DNA of 64,000 bases from assembly GCF_026571515.1 (NCBI RefSeq), contig NW_026852009.1:1-64000 (forward strand), in the 5' to 3' direction. Position numbers and translations under genes: made by a program. The notes below the pieces were generated by a model, which had not been told where the DNA came from, did not search any database, and saw only the letters and a list, made by a program, of their open reading frames with translations. The stretch is from Ruditapes philippinarum (lineage: Eukaryota). This document shows, piece after piece, positions 49,896 to 63,061 of this stretch; position 1 is the stretch's first letter, and every line of letters starts with the position of its first letter.

Positions 49896-52800
49896 TCAAT
49901 TTTGGTTTATAAAGAACAACACATACATGTACCAAAAACTGCAAAATATCATCAACCAGTCCACTATCGTATACCAGGCCATAATTATTCGAATAAAATC
50001 TGTCCATATTAAATACGAACCTAAAAAAGATAAATCGAATTATATGTTATATGATTATTTTGACTCTGCATATTTTCATAATTCAACACTTTGCTCAGCT
50101 ACATAGTATTTAACAAATTTCTTTTCATAAACAAAGATGATATATCGTTATTAAATTAATGAAAAACTATAACGACTTTCAAACGTTAATGGGTATTATT
50201 ATATTGCTTATTAAGGAAATAATAACACCTCCCCATTCCCTTCCCCATTTCCCCTTTCATTAAAATGAAAGGATCAAACAACTGAACTCGTGTATTTAAA
50301 ACTTAAAAAAGAACACAAGATAGAACACTGACATACATGTACCAAAACCCATCACTATAACTGAAGCCAGTATCAGAACCCAAAAAAGATATTTACGATA
50401 ACGACATGTCACATCTCGCCGAAGTGTTATTGCAATAATTATATCTGTTAGGCCTTTAAGCGTATGAAAAATGCCAACACCTTTCCAATGGTCCCAGGCG
50501 GAAATAATTATTAGAATCAAACCTGTCGTAGAAAAAACACAACAATAGACCATAACATAGAAGAACACACAAAGATTACAACATAAACCGATGTCCTGCC
50601 ACACGTTTAATGTAATGTACATATCACTTAATCAAAGTTTGAGAAGACATGTATCACGGAAGCGTTTTTGTTTGCTTGCATAACATGATTACTGTGTTTG
50701 CAAATTACTAAATAACTAAAGGCACAATGTCGTTATTAGATTAAAGCGTTAACACATTAACTCTTTCAAATTAAATTGATTACTGTTTTATAGATAATCT
50801 TTACATAATTTAGTTTATTTTAAATTTCTAAAATTTGTTCTTTTTAGGTTACTTGATTATTCAACCAGTAACATCATATACGTTACCTGCAAAAAGTCTT
50901 ACAATTGCCACTAAGTTTAAATGCAACATAAGAACTGAAAACATAATTAAATGTTACATTCTAGCATTAAAACATGTATCAATTGAAATAGACCAAAACC
51001 TAACGATTCTATTATACAGCTGGGAACTACATAAACATTTTTTTTACATGTTACATATTTAAACATTTTAAAATTTTCAAATACTGGCTAGTGGTGAGCC
51101 CATATGACTAGTAATCTAAGGATCGCTTACCGCGTGCGTTGAAACTCCGTCAGGGGCAATAGCAAGAAACTTGACACTCATTGCTTAGTATTGGCTGGTT
51201 CAAGGAAAGCATTTCAATCGTTTCAATCAGCTTATAGCTTCTAATATTTTACTTGGGATTTATGTTACAACAACACAAAAACAATTAAACTAAATCAAAT
51301 TACAACAAACTATTTTTTCTTTTAAAAGGGCAGCAATAGATGCAATGATATAAACCATAAACAAATACACTTATATAATGTGAAAATAGTTAAACTTTAC
51401 TCTGTTCAACAAAATTAAATATTTACACCTATCCGTTAATGACACTCATGGTGTAGAAATAAATAATAATAATAATCGTCATTCATGCTTCAACATCATT
51501 ATAGTGTTTGCTTTCATGATTATTTCATTTGATACTGATTGTGTCATTAAAATGATACTGGTTATATAATTTTCCATTCTATATATATTTTATTGATTAT
51601 GTTAATAATTGTTTTACCTCCAAATGCCATTGTTTTTATACACGATCGACAACAGACACATTCTGTAAAACGTAAATACCATAAATATTTGATAAATGTG
51701 TGTAGCTAACAATGTCCGTTTTAATTAAACTGACTTAGGAACGAAAATGAGTATTGATTCAAATATTAAGAAATATTAAAGTCTCTTTCATTTATATTTT
51801 CATGAAATATTTACCCGCATTGCACTGTTGCATCATCATTTTTNNNNNNNNNNNNNNNNNNNNNNNNNNNNNNNNNNNNNNNNNNNNNNNNNNNNNNNNN
51901 NNNNNNNNNNNNNNNNNNNNNNNNNNNNNNNNNNNNNNNNNNNNNNNNNNNNNNNNNNNNNNNNNNNNNNNNNNNNNNNNNNNNNNNNNNNNNNNNNNNN
52001 NNNNNNNNNNNNNNNNNNNNNNNNNNNNNNNNNNNNNNNNNNNNNNNNNNNNNAATTACTTGCAATCATATTCAGGACCATAACAAAAGGCTATTGTTCG
52101 ATAACGAAATAGCTATTTTGTCTGCAGTCTTAATATCATGTAGGGATGTTAGTGATGAAAACCAAATAACACCTATTGTGGTATTGATGGTCTTACTAAT
52201 AAATATAAATTATGAAGATTTTTTCAAAGTCGTGGTAATAGTCGTTATCGTACTGCTCATGGTTGTAGAAGATGTCATTGTCAAGATCGTGGTGGTGGTC
52301 GTAGACATAAAATCAAATGCTTTGTCTCAGTTTTGGTTGTAGTCTTATATCAACTTTGGTCAAATAAAACATAAAGTTGGTTGTTGTTAATGTAAAAATA
52401 GTTCTTCTCGTAGTCATATAATTGTAAGAGGTCGTAATCCTTTTTAGAAAAAGTTGTAATCTTCATTGTTGTTTTAACATTTTTCATTTATCTGTTTATG
52501 ATTTCGGTCCGGATTTTTTGGCCTTGAATATAGTCGTAGTCTGAAGGAAACACTGTCGGTTATTCTACAAGAATACTTCAAATGCATATACGATTTAACG
52601 ACAAGATGCATTTAGAGTGATTTGTATACTGTGTTACGAACAACGTTTAAAGTGTACGCGTATTGTAACAGATATAACCTTTTGCCTATTTAGCGGTATA
52701 CGGTGCAACATTAAAGGTCTCTAAAGCTGTATACTGTGTTACGGTCAACGTTAAAAGTTAATACGTATTGTAACCTATCTGCGCAGTAGGCTGTTTACGG

Positions 52801-55374
52801 GTCAGAAAATGTACAGTGCTAAACAGCTTATGCCTAGTGTATCATACATACGGATTAAGCTGTAAACGGTGCACTATTTAAGGTCTGTAAAGCTATATTC
52901 AGTGTTACGATCTACGTTAAAAGTTTGTGTGTATTGTAGAAATGGTCATAGATTTAAAAGAGTAGGTCAAAGTCGAGTTGATCGTGGTAGTCGTACAAAT
53001 TAAAAACGTGGGTTCAGTGTTGGTCGTAGTCTCATTTAGTCATGGAAATCATAATATTGGCTGTCGTGTTAGTAGAAAGAGTTCGTCTAGCAGGCATGAC
53101 ACTTTTAAAGGTCATAATTATATTTAGTGACACTACATGCTCAGTTAGCTGTAACGGTGCAAAATAATTTGTGATTTATTCATTAAAATTATTTATTTTC
53201 AATCACATATTAATTACCTGATTCGTTATTGTAAAAGACATGTGTTTGCGGTCTCTGGTTGATTCTTGAGTCTCTGAAATAGGTTGTGTATCTTTTCAAA
53301 ATTTTATCCATTTTTACCCAGACGTGTTATATTTCTTTTTGCTTACAAATTGCATAGTTTTGATATCAATGCCTGGCCCCTTGTTCACAAAGAAAAGATC
53401 AGGATCATTGTTTTATAAAACTTAAATTGATCATATTGTGCAAGAATTGAATGGTACATATTCAAAATGTAAAAGAAATGCTGATTTGTAAAGAAAAAAC
53501 ATATTTTTGGATAAAATCAATGAATAACAAAACAAATACAAAAATAATCTAATAAAAATAAAGATCAACTTTAGGATCAAGATCAATATTTGGATCAACT
53601 GTAAAATGTTTATTTCTTGTAAAATAACAATAAATTTTTTGTTAAATTTCAAGTCAAGTTTTATAAAGTTAATATTTAATATTTAATATATTATAATAAG
53701 GAAAATCATTGGATAATATTTGAGTTTATATTCAACTGATCTTGATCCTGATCCTTAAATCTTAAAGACGTGGCCTCGGTGTCCGCAAATTTATTTACGT
53801 TCCGAAACATAAAACTTAAGATAATTACGACACGTTTTTATTTTTGTCAATTATACATGTACTTACAATGTTAAACAGTGCAGTGCGAAAGATGTTTTTT
53901 AAATGTTAACATAATCAAAATAGGAGATACGAGTTCATACCGTTTTGTGGTCATCCTAAAAACAAAATGAACTGAAAAAACAACATAATACATTACTTAT
54001 TCAAATAAGTAATACAAAACACATGTAAAACATAACTGTACCTGATCACTCGGTAACCCAACTCCCTATCTTCTGTGCTTTGAACTCTTTCTGAAATAGT
54101 TGGTAAATTCCCTTGACTTGAGAAAGATGTTTCCGCAGTTTGTCTGTATTGTCGACTTCCCACATGAGCAAATGCATCAGAGGGGTACACTTTTCGACAT
54201 ATGGGACATTTGAAAGTATTTTCCTCCGAGCTGCATTATTGTTAAAGAATATACCATTACATATATAAACATTTTCATATCAAAGCATTTTTAATAAGAT
54301 GTTTGTGACGACTTTGTAAGATTTGTTCGTATATCATCACCCGTCACCTTATGCGTGTTATGATATTTATTTATTTATTAAGTCTATGGTTTATAAATAT
54401 AAACAAATATATATTTTGCTAGTTTCATGTTAAAAGGAAAAATACCTTATTTAAGCATTTATATATTAAGATAATGAATAAATTGTATCCATTAGCTGAA
54501 AAATTAAACAACTTTTGGTGATATAGTTACTAAAAATCTTTGCTGTCTACGTAAAGGGTTATAGTTGGATTTATAAATCTGTTATTTGTAAAAAATTGTT
54601 TTGTCATCATGAATATTGCTTTACGCCTAGCAAGAAATTATAGTCAAAATTATCAACGTCCTCAAACTCCTTAACCTCTGATTTTCCAGATTCAGTATAG
54701 ATCATCGACGGTAAACGAAACCTGATTATAACCATGGCAATTGATAACAGGCCAAGTTCATTCTGATAATACCAGTATAACACAATAACATAGGAACATT
54801 TTTGCCCTTGTATTAAGTCTAACTTTGAAATGAATGTATATGATGACAATAAAATAGGCCCTACCGAGTTTTTGGTCGAGGGTGTAGTGGCCGTTATCAC
54901 ATTCGTTTAACTAGAGAACGTGTTCCTTGTTGAATTTAATTTAGAATTCATGGGCGTTGTTATAGTCTAAATCTTAGTATTGGGCGTAAAAGTATACCAT
55001 ATTACTAAATAGCATCAACAAAATTGCAAATTACGAATTAAACAAAACATAGGTAATGCATATCAAACATTTGATATTAACTTTAACCTATCGGAAAAAA
55101 ATACATGGATATTCATATTATATAAAACATTTCATATTTGTTAGTAAATTAAATGATAATACTGTTAATAATAGTGTATTCGTTCAGTTAAGGCAGTAAT
55201 GAATTCATACCTTGTGATCAATTTCTGCAGACATGGATCACATATCACGTGAATACATGGAAGAAACCTGGGTGGTATTCCACTTTCAAGACAAACAGGG
55301 CAAGACGCTTTGTTGTTGGTGGCGTCGTTAGGACTTGGCAAATGAGTATGAAGCGCACTGTTCTCCAAACGCAT
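49896..55374 (-). CDS. RING-4TM gene D: intact 7-exon model, 268 aa
   Basis: Exons (minus strand) 55374-55211, 54230-54042, 53273-53218, 51662-51618, 50934-50887, 50522-50343, 50020-49896 (807 nt, in frame, GT-AG). RING CPVC-x11-CIH-x2-CDPC-x14-CPICR. TMs: VLMLHLNLVAIVRLFAG, FHTLKGLTDIIIAITL, LFWVLILASVIVMGFG, IMAWYTIVDWLMIFCSFWY. An N-gap lies in intron 3. Confidence 0.85.
52620..52940. repeat. Three imperfect tandem copies of a gtgttacg..caacgtt.aaag...gtattgta motif
   Basis: Copies at ~52625, 52729 and 52894. Confidence 0.6.
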
Positions 55375-56389
55375 TTTTTACAAATTTGACAGAAATTTTG
55401 AAAGGGATATTTAAAATTGCTGAAAATCAAACGAAATTGCTTTACTTTCTTTTAAACCACATCAATTCTAAACGCTTAAGTAAGTTCGGTGTGCTTAAAA
55501 AAGATAAGCTTACAAAAGGTAACGTAAAAACATTCTATATTATAATCGTTTATTTACTTTCTATCAAAAATCAAACTGCTTTCCAAGTGGCTTCTAAACA
55601 CTGAAATGGAATCATAGATTGACATTTTAGGCATCTTATAACGATATTTAAACTCTAATTGTATAATATTATATTGCCAGTCAATGTGCGAGACACAAGC
55701 AAGACAACAAACCCCAAAAATATATATACTTCAAATACAAAGTTTATGTCGTTCGAACATTACAACACTTTTTGTAACTCTGGAAACCACGTTTAAGGTA
55801 ACAGTTATTATATGCATTTTAAAGTTGGTATATTTTCTTCAAGTCTTGATTTTTCTTTAAAAATAACACAATAAAAATGATAGGACCCACTAAGGTCATT
55901 CCCAGAATTTTTTTAAACTAACTTCAAATGGCAGGATAAAGAACAGAACAAAACAGGAAGAATTTAATCAAGATATGCCAGGGCTGCTGAAAGGTGTAGA
56001 AAATTTCACAATAGTCATTCAATGACTTTCAACATTTTTTTTCAAGATTAAAAAAAAACAACCAAAAAACTTTCACTAATTTAAAATAAAATAGTACAGT
56101 ACAATGCAATTGTATGGCTACTGTTAATGTGTTCATAAAGGGAAGTTGAAGGTGTCACATTTAGTACACAAATTGGGATGCAAAATAATAAAGTATCCAA
56201 TCAACACAGCCATTTTACCTTCCCTATTTTATTATATCACAAAATATAGTAACTTGCTTAGATCTGCCAGGTGGTATAACTTACAAAATATCTATTCTTC
56301 AACTACCACTTGAAAAATGTTGATAAAAAATTAAGACTTTATTAATAAGACCTCTACGTCTAGTCTAATGAATATATAATTATAATTTT

Positions 56390-59210
56390 CTAAATGTTTT
56401 GTATGACCAGTAAAATTTAATGGCAAATTCAAAAATAGAAATAAAAATATATGTTGACGTATTGCATTTCTTGTAAAATGGCAGTTTCTATGGTAACCGT
56501 ATATCTCAAAACTGTCAAAATAGCCAAACAAATAGAAAATGTATAAGATTAATACACAGAGCAAACATTGTTTTATGCAAAGATAACCTTATCCAATGAT
56601 TCTGTATTTAACAAATGATAATTTGAAAAATGAGTTTTCCCCAGCAGGCACTCAACGTTGTTTATTATACGGATATATTACCAATGTATATTCAATGTTG
56701 ATTAGTCAACGTTGTTTATGGTCGAAGTTTTATTTTTAGTTAAATCATTATCTAAACCTTTACACCACTTATTCTGTGTAATTATTTCTTTATTTAACTG
56801 GTCTGTAAGTGATTTTTGTCAGGAAAACTACGTAACCATTTTTATTGCGAATATCTAGAGTTGGAAATAATTTTGCGCTTTCCGTTAATGCTTTTAATAT
56901 AAATATGTTTTATATTTATTGACTTGTTCGTTATATTGATTAAAACACTGCTTTTAAATAACGCTGATCAGGGGAAATAATTGTTGCGGATACTTTGGTG
57001 TCCATGATTATCGTTCTTGCAAATGGTGGCGCTGTTTTGAAATTTGAACAGATTCAGAAGACGATGATTTATTTGGATTTCTAAGGTATAACCGTAATGT
57101 TTTATTTTAGTTTGCAGATAATTTTTCATTTTATAATTACTGATTCTTAAAATTCTACTTTGATTTACTATATGAAAGAAATTAGAGATGTAAACACATG
57201 ATTGAGTTGATTTGACACGTTTTCGCGACCTAATTGGTAGGCCTTACGCTTACGCTAAGTTATTGATGCCGAGGTTACAAGTCTTGTCTTTTTTAAGCTT
57301 ATTTTTCATATTGTTAAACTTTATTTGTGGTGCTATATACCAATTAAAATTTGATCAGTTATAAGATTGTAACCTATAAAGTGTAGTTCGGCCCACATAA
57401 TTTACGTCCCAATACGATTCGTCTATCTAGCTGCATTAATATTTAAGTGTTAGTAATATAGAGTGTTAATTGGTCTGAAAAATACATTGTGTTCATTGCA
57501 TTATCAAAAAATATTGATTCAAATTGATTGATTGATGTTAAATATTAACAAAGTTGAGTTTTAAACTTTTAAGTTTAATTGTCGCGAATTTATAGGGAAT
57601 AAGAAATCTATTTTACATTCCAAATCCTTCAACTGGCTGAAATGAAGAGTTTTTGAGCGATAGTCTGTATACCATTTGCATTCAACACGGAAAGAAATGT
57701 CAGGTTTGTTAAATTGTATTTCATATATTTAATATATATATTTATTTACAAAGTATAAATATTTCAACTACTGGATATTAATCTTGTCGTAATAACATAT
57801 TATTTTCAGAATACTTCTGCAACATTAATATAAAATTAACATATTTGTTGTTTTCGGGATGCTGCATAAAATGGTCTTAGCTAGAGCCTAGAATATTTAT
57901 TTGAAAAAATGCTGCCAGTAACTGATGGGGAGCAGTTTGCTTACCAATCACAGGTGAGACGTTTAAATAGCTTCTTTTTTTATAAATATTTTGATGTTTT
58001 ATGTACATAATTTGCTGTCAATATGAAACTTCAGCTATATCTCAAATTCTATGCTGTTTATTATGTAAATCGTAGAGATAAGCATTTTAAGATAAAAAAC
58101 AAATCACTAGGTTGATTGATTATATATATAAATTTAGATTGACAAAGTCACTTTTAACTACTAACTTCTTATTTTTTTATTTGCAGAAGCAGTAAGTGAC
58201 AGCCAAAGAAGTATTCAAACGCCATCATGAAACACTTGAGACATACCCAGGAAGATCTAGAAAAAGAAGTAGATTGGAACAGATTGTAGCTTAATTGTTG
58301 AACTAAAATGACTTCTTAAATCGTTTGAGTTTATGCTGCACTTGAACTGTATTTTTGAAATAAAATATCTGAAGTATCTAAAATTGTCTTGATTCTTTTT
58401 TTAATAACTATTTTACTCTGCTTAATATCTTAAAATTAAAGTATGGTGGGTTTTCAACGTTACTTCATCTTGTGCCAACGTTGACGCTGCAACGTTGTAT
58501 CAACGTTAAAATTTCAACGTTGTTTAAACTTTCAAATCCGAATATAAATCCAACGTTATTTCAACGTTGAAATCTGACCATAATTCAACGTTGTTTTAAC
58601 GTTGGTGTGCCTGCTGGGTCCATGCTTTTTAAATGAACAAAAAATGAAAAAAATAAACATGAATTCTGTGAATAATTAAAGATATTGAAAAATTTCTTTC
58701 ATAGGATTTTCTAAATTTTTTGTATGTTGTGTAAAATTTAATAAGGAATTCAACAATAAAAAGAATAAAATATATGTTGACGTGTTGGAGTTTTTGAAAA
58801 ATGGTAGTTTCCATGGTAACAGTATATCTCAAAATTATCAAAATAACCAAGCTGTGTTATAAAAATGTATAAGACAGATAATTACAAACACAATAAGCAT
58901 AATTTTATGCAAAACTTGCTTTATCTAAGGGTTTTGTATACAACAAACGATAATCTGAACATATTTCTTTAAAAATAATGAGTTTTTCATGCTTCTTAAC
59001 TGAACAAAAATGAGAAAAATAAACATGAATTCTGTAAATAATTGAAGCTATCAAAAATTTCTTTCATAGAATTTTCTACATTTTTAATATATCAAGTAAA
59101 ATTTTATGGCGGATTCAAAAATAGAAATAAAAATATACGTTGACGTATTAGTTGTTTTGTAAACGGACAGTTTCCATGGTTACCGCATATGCCAATAGTC
59201 AAAATTACCA
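56390..59210. repeat. About 365-bp tandem repeat (three copies), first copy interrupted by the CCCAG element; probably internal to a larger transposon
   Basis: aaatata(t/c)gttgacgt...gtttc(c/t)atggt(a/t)ac occurs at ~56445, 58768 and 59131. Confidence 0.7.
56640..58618. mobile_element. Non-autonomous DNA transposon, TIR CCCAGCAGGCAC, 2-bp TSD TC, subterminal CAACGTTG repeats (CMC/EnSpm-like)
   Basis: cccagcaggcactcaacgttg (56640) and aacgttggtgtgcctgctggg (58618); TC on both sides; many CAACGTT palindromes at 58455-58605. The neighbouring repeat unit shows the empty site (gagtttttcatgc, ~58980). Confidence 0.85.
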
Positions 59211-59881
59211 CGCTTTCTTGAGAAATATCAGTGTTATACTAAATGCTGTCATATATACAACAAAAACATGTAATATAATTTACTATTTCTTTTGATGTTA
59301 TATGAAGTAAATGATACTGAATATGTTTTAAAACAAGATATATAAGGCCATATTATTTCTTCACTCGACTAACATACCCGAACAGTAAGCAAGTATTCAG
59401 AAATTTACAAAGAAAATAATGAAAATTGGAAAATTTCTTAGTCTAAGATATTATTTTTGTTATTTATTCATCATTTTTAAAATATATCATTTTAAACTTC
59501 TTTGCCCACTTGTCTGCTAGTTATCAAGTGGCGACGCACTTTCGTCACTATACCACAAGTGGGTGGGGTAACGCGCGAAGAATCATCGTCAATGATGACG
59601 TACTAATGCTAGGGGAAATCCTTAATCTGATGTTGTCTAAACGACCTCTTATTCTTTTGAACCGATCTCCTCCCGAACATTTAGAAATAATTATTCTGTA
59701 TTATTTACTCATTATTTGCTTATAGCCGAAATTTAAACAGTAATCCGAGGACTATTCAACTTGACCTTCTTTTTGAAGAGTAATTATCGTGATTATCTTT
59801 CTTGGAAGCGCATAACGATGCGCACAAAAAACTACCGAAAACGTCTTTAAGTGGTATTTGACATTAATAGTTATTAAATAC

Positions 59882-60057
59882 ATATGACAGCCATCAAACT
59901 AATATGTTCGACAGATGTCAAACTGGCCTCCGGCATCTGATAGGTCATGCTTCAAGTTCTCTACGTAGGTTTGTACGACAGCATGACTGATAATCCGAGG
60001 CGCAGTGGTCTGGATCATCTGCCGCAAACCACTATGTGTTTCATGCACGGTCATATG
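59882..60057. mobile_element. Deletion-riddled third copy of the GAG-ended MITE family
   Basis: gcgcagtggtctggatcatctgccgcaaaccactatgtgtttcatgcacggtcatatg resembles the right arm of 30030-30103. Confidence 0.55.
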
Positions 60058-63000
60058 AATGAGTCAATGCAAGTTTGTAGCAATCTTTATAAAATCTGAA
60101 TATTATCAGTATGAAGATTATTTAAGTGAAAGTTGGACAATTTACATTGTTTCACTAAAAACTCATTTTCATATTGTTTTAGTGATAACATCTGACAATC
60201 AATTAATTGTGGCATCTCTGCATGAATTAAAGTAAATACAACACGTGACTTTATGCAATATAGTCTGACATGACATCAGCGCCGCAGAATTTAGAATGAA
60301 TCCGAATAGGTTGTGATTGAAAAATGGTTGCTTTGGACTATTGCTACATAACTTACGAAATGTGTGTTATGACTTGTGTTTCACCAATAATTAGTTGGTA
60401 CTGATTAAAAATTCCAGATATAGGCCTGAAATATGTATATGGAGACAATGTGACGTCATCAAATAGGTCACATGATCCATCTAGGTCTTCGTGAAGTCAT
60501 TATATGAAGTCACGTTCTTGTTTCAAGACATAAGCGACCTTTTCCTATAATTAACCCAAAATACTTTTACAATGTGTCGATTATATTGTCCGCTCTACAA
60601 ACCTCTTTGTACAATGTCATATAGAAAGTACTCATCTACAGAGGTAGTACCCGAAATCATTTAATAAATATATTTCCCAGGTCAAGAAAGCTATAATAAA
60701 ATTATAAACTTAAGTATGAATAAACTTGTAAAAACCTTATCTATGTAACTGATGTAAACAAACCCAACTGGAGTTGTTCCGAATATATACCCAGTTCGAC
60801 TACATGTGTTATTTATATTTCTATATTTACCCAAGATAAATATTTAAGGTGTGTTAATAATTTAAAACATCGTAAAATGCTATCAATGTTTAGGTGCATA
60901 AATCATCTACTGAAGAGGGAAGACAAATAAAACAACGCCTCTGTACAAAATGCAATATGAAACAAATTGAAACTAAATATCATGTTTTATTATAGTTGCC
61001 GGGTCATGTGGGGGCTGCGGTTATTGAACTACGCCTATCTTGTTTATCATATTTTATTAGTATGTCCATATTAAAATGACTTAAGAAAAACATTTTACCT
61101 ACATATTATTACACATGGCCTAATTGAAATACATTCACTTCAATTATGATACGTACGAACAATAATGTAATAGTAAACTTAGCAAAATTTGTTTATTCAG
61201 CGATGCAACATAGACTTGAATCAGCTTAATATATGTGTTTGGATTAATGTACACTGAAACATATGTATACTTTATAATGTTTAATCATAAAATACGTATT
61301 AGTATCTTACTTTTTATACTTTGTATTGTACCGCCAAAAAGTTACTTGGCGGTGAACGTGTATATGTTTTTGCCAATAAATTAATTGACTTGACTATATA
61401 ATTAATAACTTTTTTTAATAATAAATAAATAAAATGTTAAACCTACTACTGTAATCCTCCTAAAATGTAACATATTTTTACTATTAAATACATAAATTAA
61501 AGTGATCACCAGCAATATAGGTCTACTTTTAAAATATACATCCCAAAAAGTATAATTATTCCCGAGGACTAGCAGGCTCACACCGCCGGCGTAACAATAC
61601 TGCCAATAGATATTTTTATTATTATTTCTGCACATTAAAGTACAGCGACAAAACGTATTAAATTAAAAGCATAAGGAAAATACAAAAAGTGCGAATTGTT
61701 AATATTATAAAAGTTACTGAGTAAAAAAATATAGAAAATTTCAATTTTTTAAATGTTTATTCTTACTTAGTAACAAAAAAATATCAATAAAAATATATAA
61801 TTATAATACATTTAACGCTTACCTTAACCAAAAACAGAATATAAGAAATGACTATTTTTTACTTGTGATCGATATTGACTGTATTGTTAAGTTTATAAAG
61901 TTTGTGACAAGAGAAATGACATCCGTATTATTTCATCGGTTATAATACATCTATTGTTGGTACATATTGTTGCTGCTGGAACAAAGTCTCCCTTGTTGGT
62001 TTCGTCAAGACCTTCAGCTATATCAATCTTAAATCCCTTGCATTATCTAGCCGGATTAAATACTAAAATTATATAATAAGGAGGAACAATCAATAAACCA
62101 AACTATGCTGCAAATTAACCATACTCTCATTGGCAATTTTTACAGGATGTTGTTAATTTGATGTTTATTGGATTAAATGTTAAATAGGATTGCATCTTTT
62201 GTTTCATGAGGCGGACCTGAGATTGATTCATATATGTCACTAGCTTCTAGAAGTTAATACGTATATAATATTATTGGTATGTCAGAGTCTTTCAAATATA
62301 ATACCTTTGCTAAATAGATATAAAGCATATTTTCTAGTAGAACTTTATTTTATCTTACGAATGTATTGCTAGTTATTAATCTTAAATTAAATTAAATGTA
62401 TAAACAACTGTGGAACGCACTATAAGATATAACTTCCTTGTTTACATTTGCATAGTTCAATTGTTAGGTCACCGGTGGTATTAAATCACTTTTTATTGCT
62501 TTAATATCTAGGTTGTACATGTTTATACAAACAATCAAAAAGAAAAAAAAATTAAAAGAAAAAAAAAAACAAATAAAAAAACCAACAAAAAAACAAGAAA
62601 AATGGGTTATTTACTAAATAAATAGATATAAACAAAGTAACAAAGAAACAATTCTCGTGGTGGTGATAGGGTAAAAATCAGTCATCAGTAGTTTTATCAT
62701 GTAGTTTTAGGTTCCCATTGGTCGTGGTTAGTTCTATGTGAATTTATGTTTATGAAAGAGAGTAAGCTTGCTATGTTTCATTGTGGCGTCGAATCTATGA
62801 ATTGATATACGAAGCGCGTATTTCAAGCCAAAGGGGACGCCTATCTGTCAAATGATAATCCAAAGAGAACACATATGAAATATAGGTGTTATCAATTAGT
62901 GTGCTTCCCTGTAGATATACGTTTGAAATTTTGAGACTCAGTTACATTTAGATATAATTTATTAAATTGTTTTAGTCTATTGATTGTTTGAGACCACATA

Positions 63001-63061
63001 ATGATTAAGATAATTATGATGTATTATGATGTATTAAATACTTTCAAAAACCTTCATTGTG

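Noticed and set aside
52094-52342. Val-rich ORF (Thr- or Asp/Tyr/His-rich on the minus strand); similar at 43890-44010
   Set aside because: Degenerate (GTN)n microsatellite beside N-gaps in intron 3 of C and D; frames stop quickly. An extra exon hidden in the gaps cannot be excluded.
61330-61354. Hairpin accgccaa-N8-ttggcggt
   Set aside because: Isolated stem-loop; no associated element boundaries could be established.
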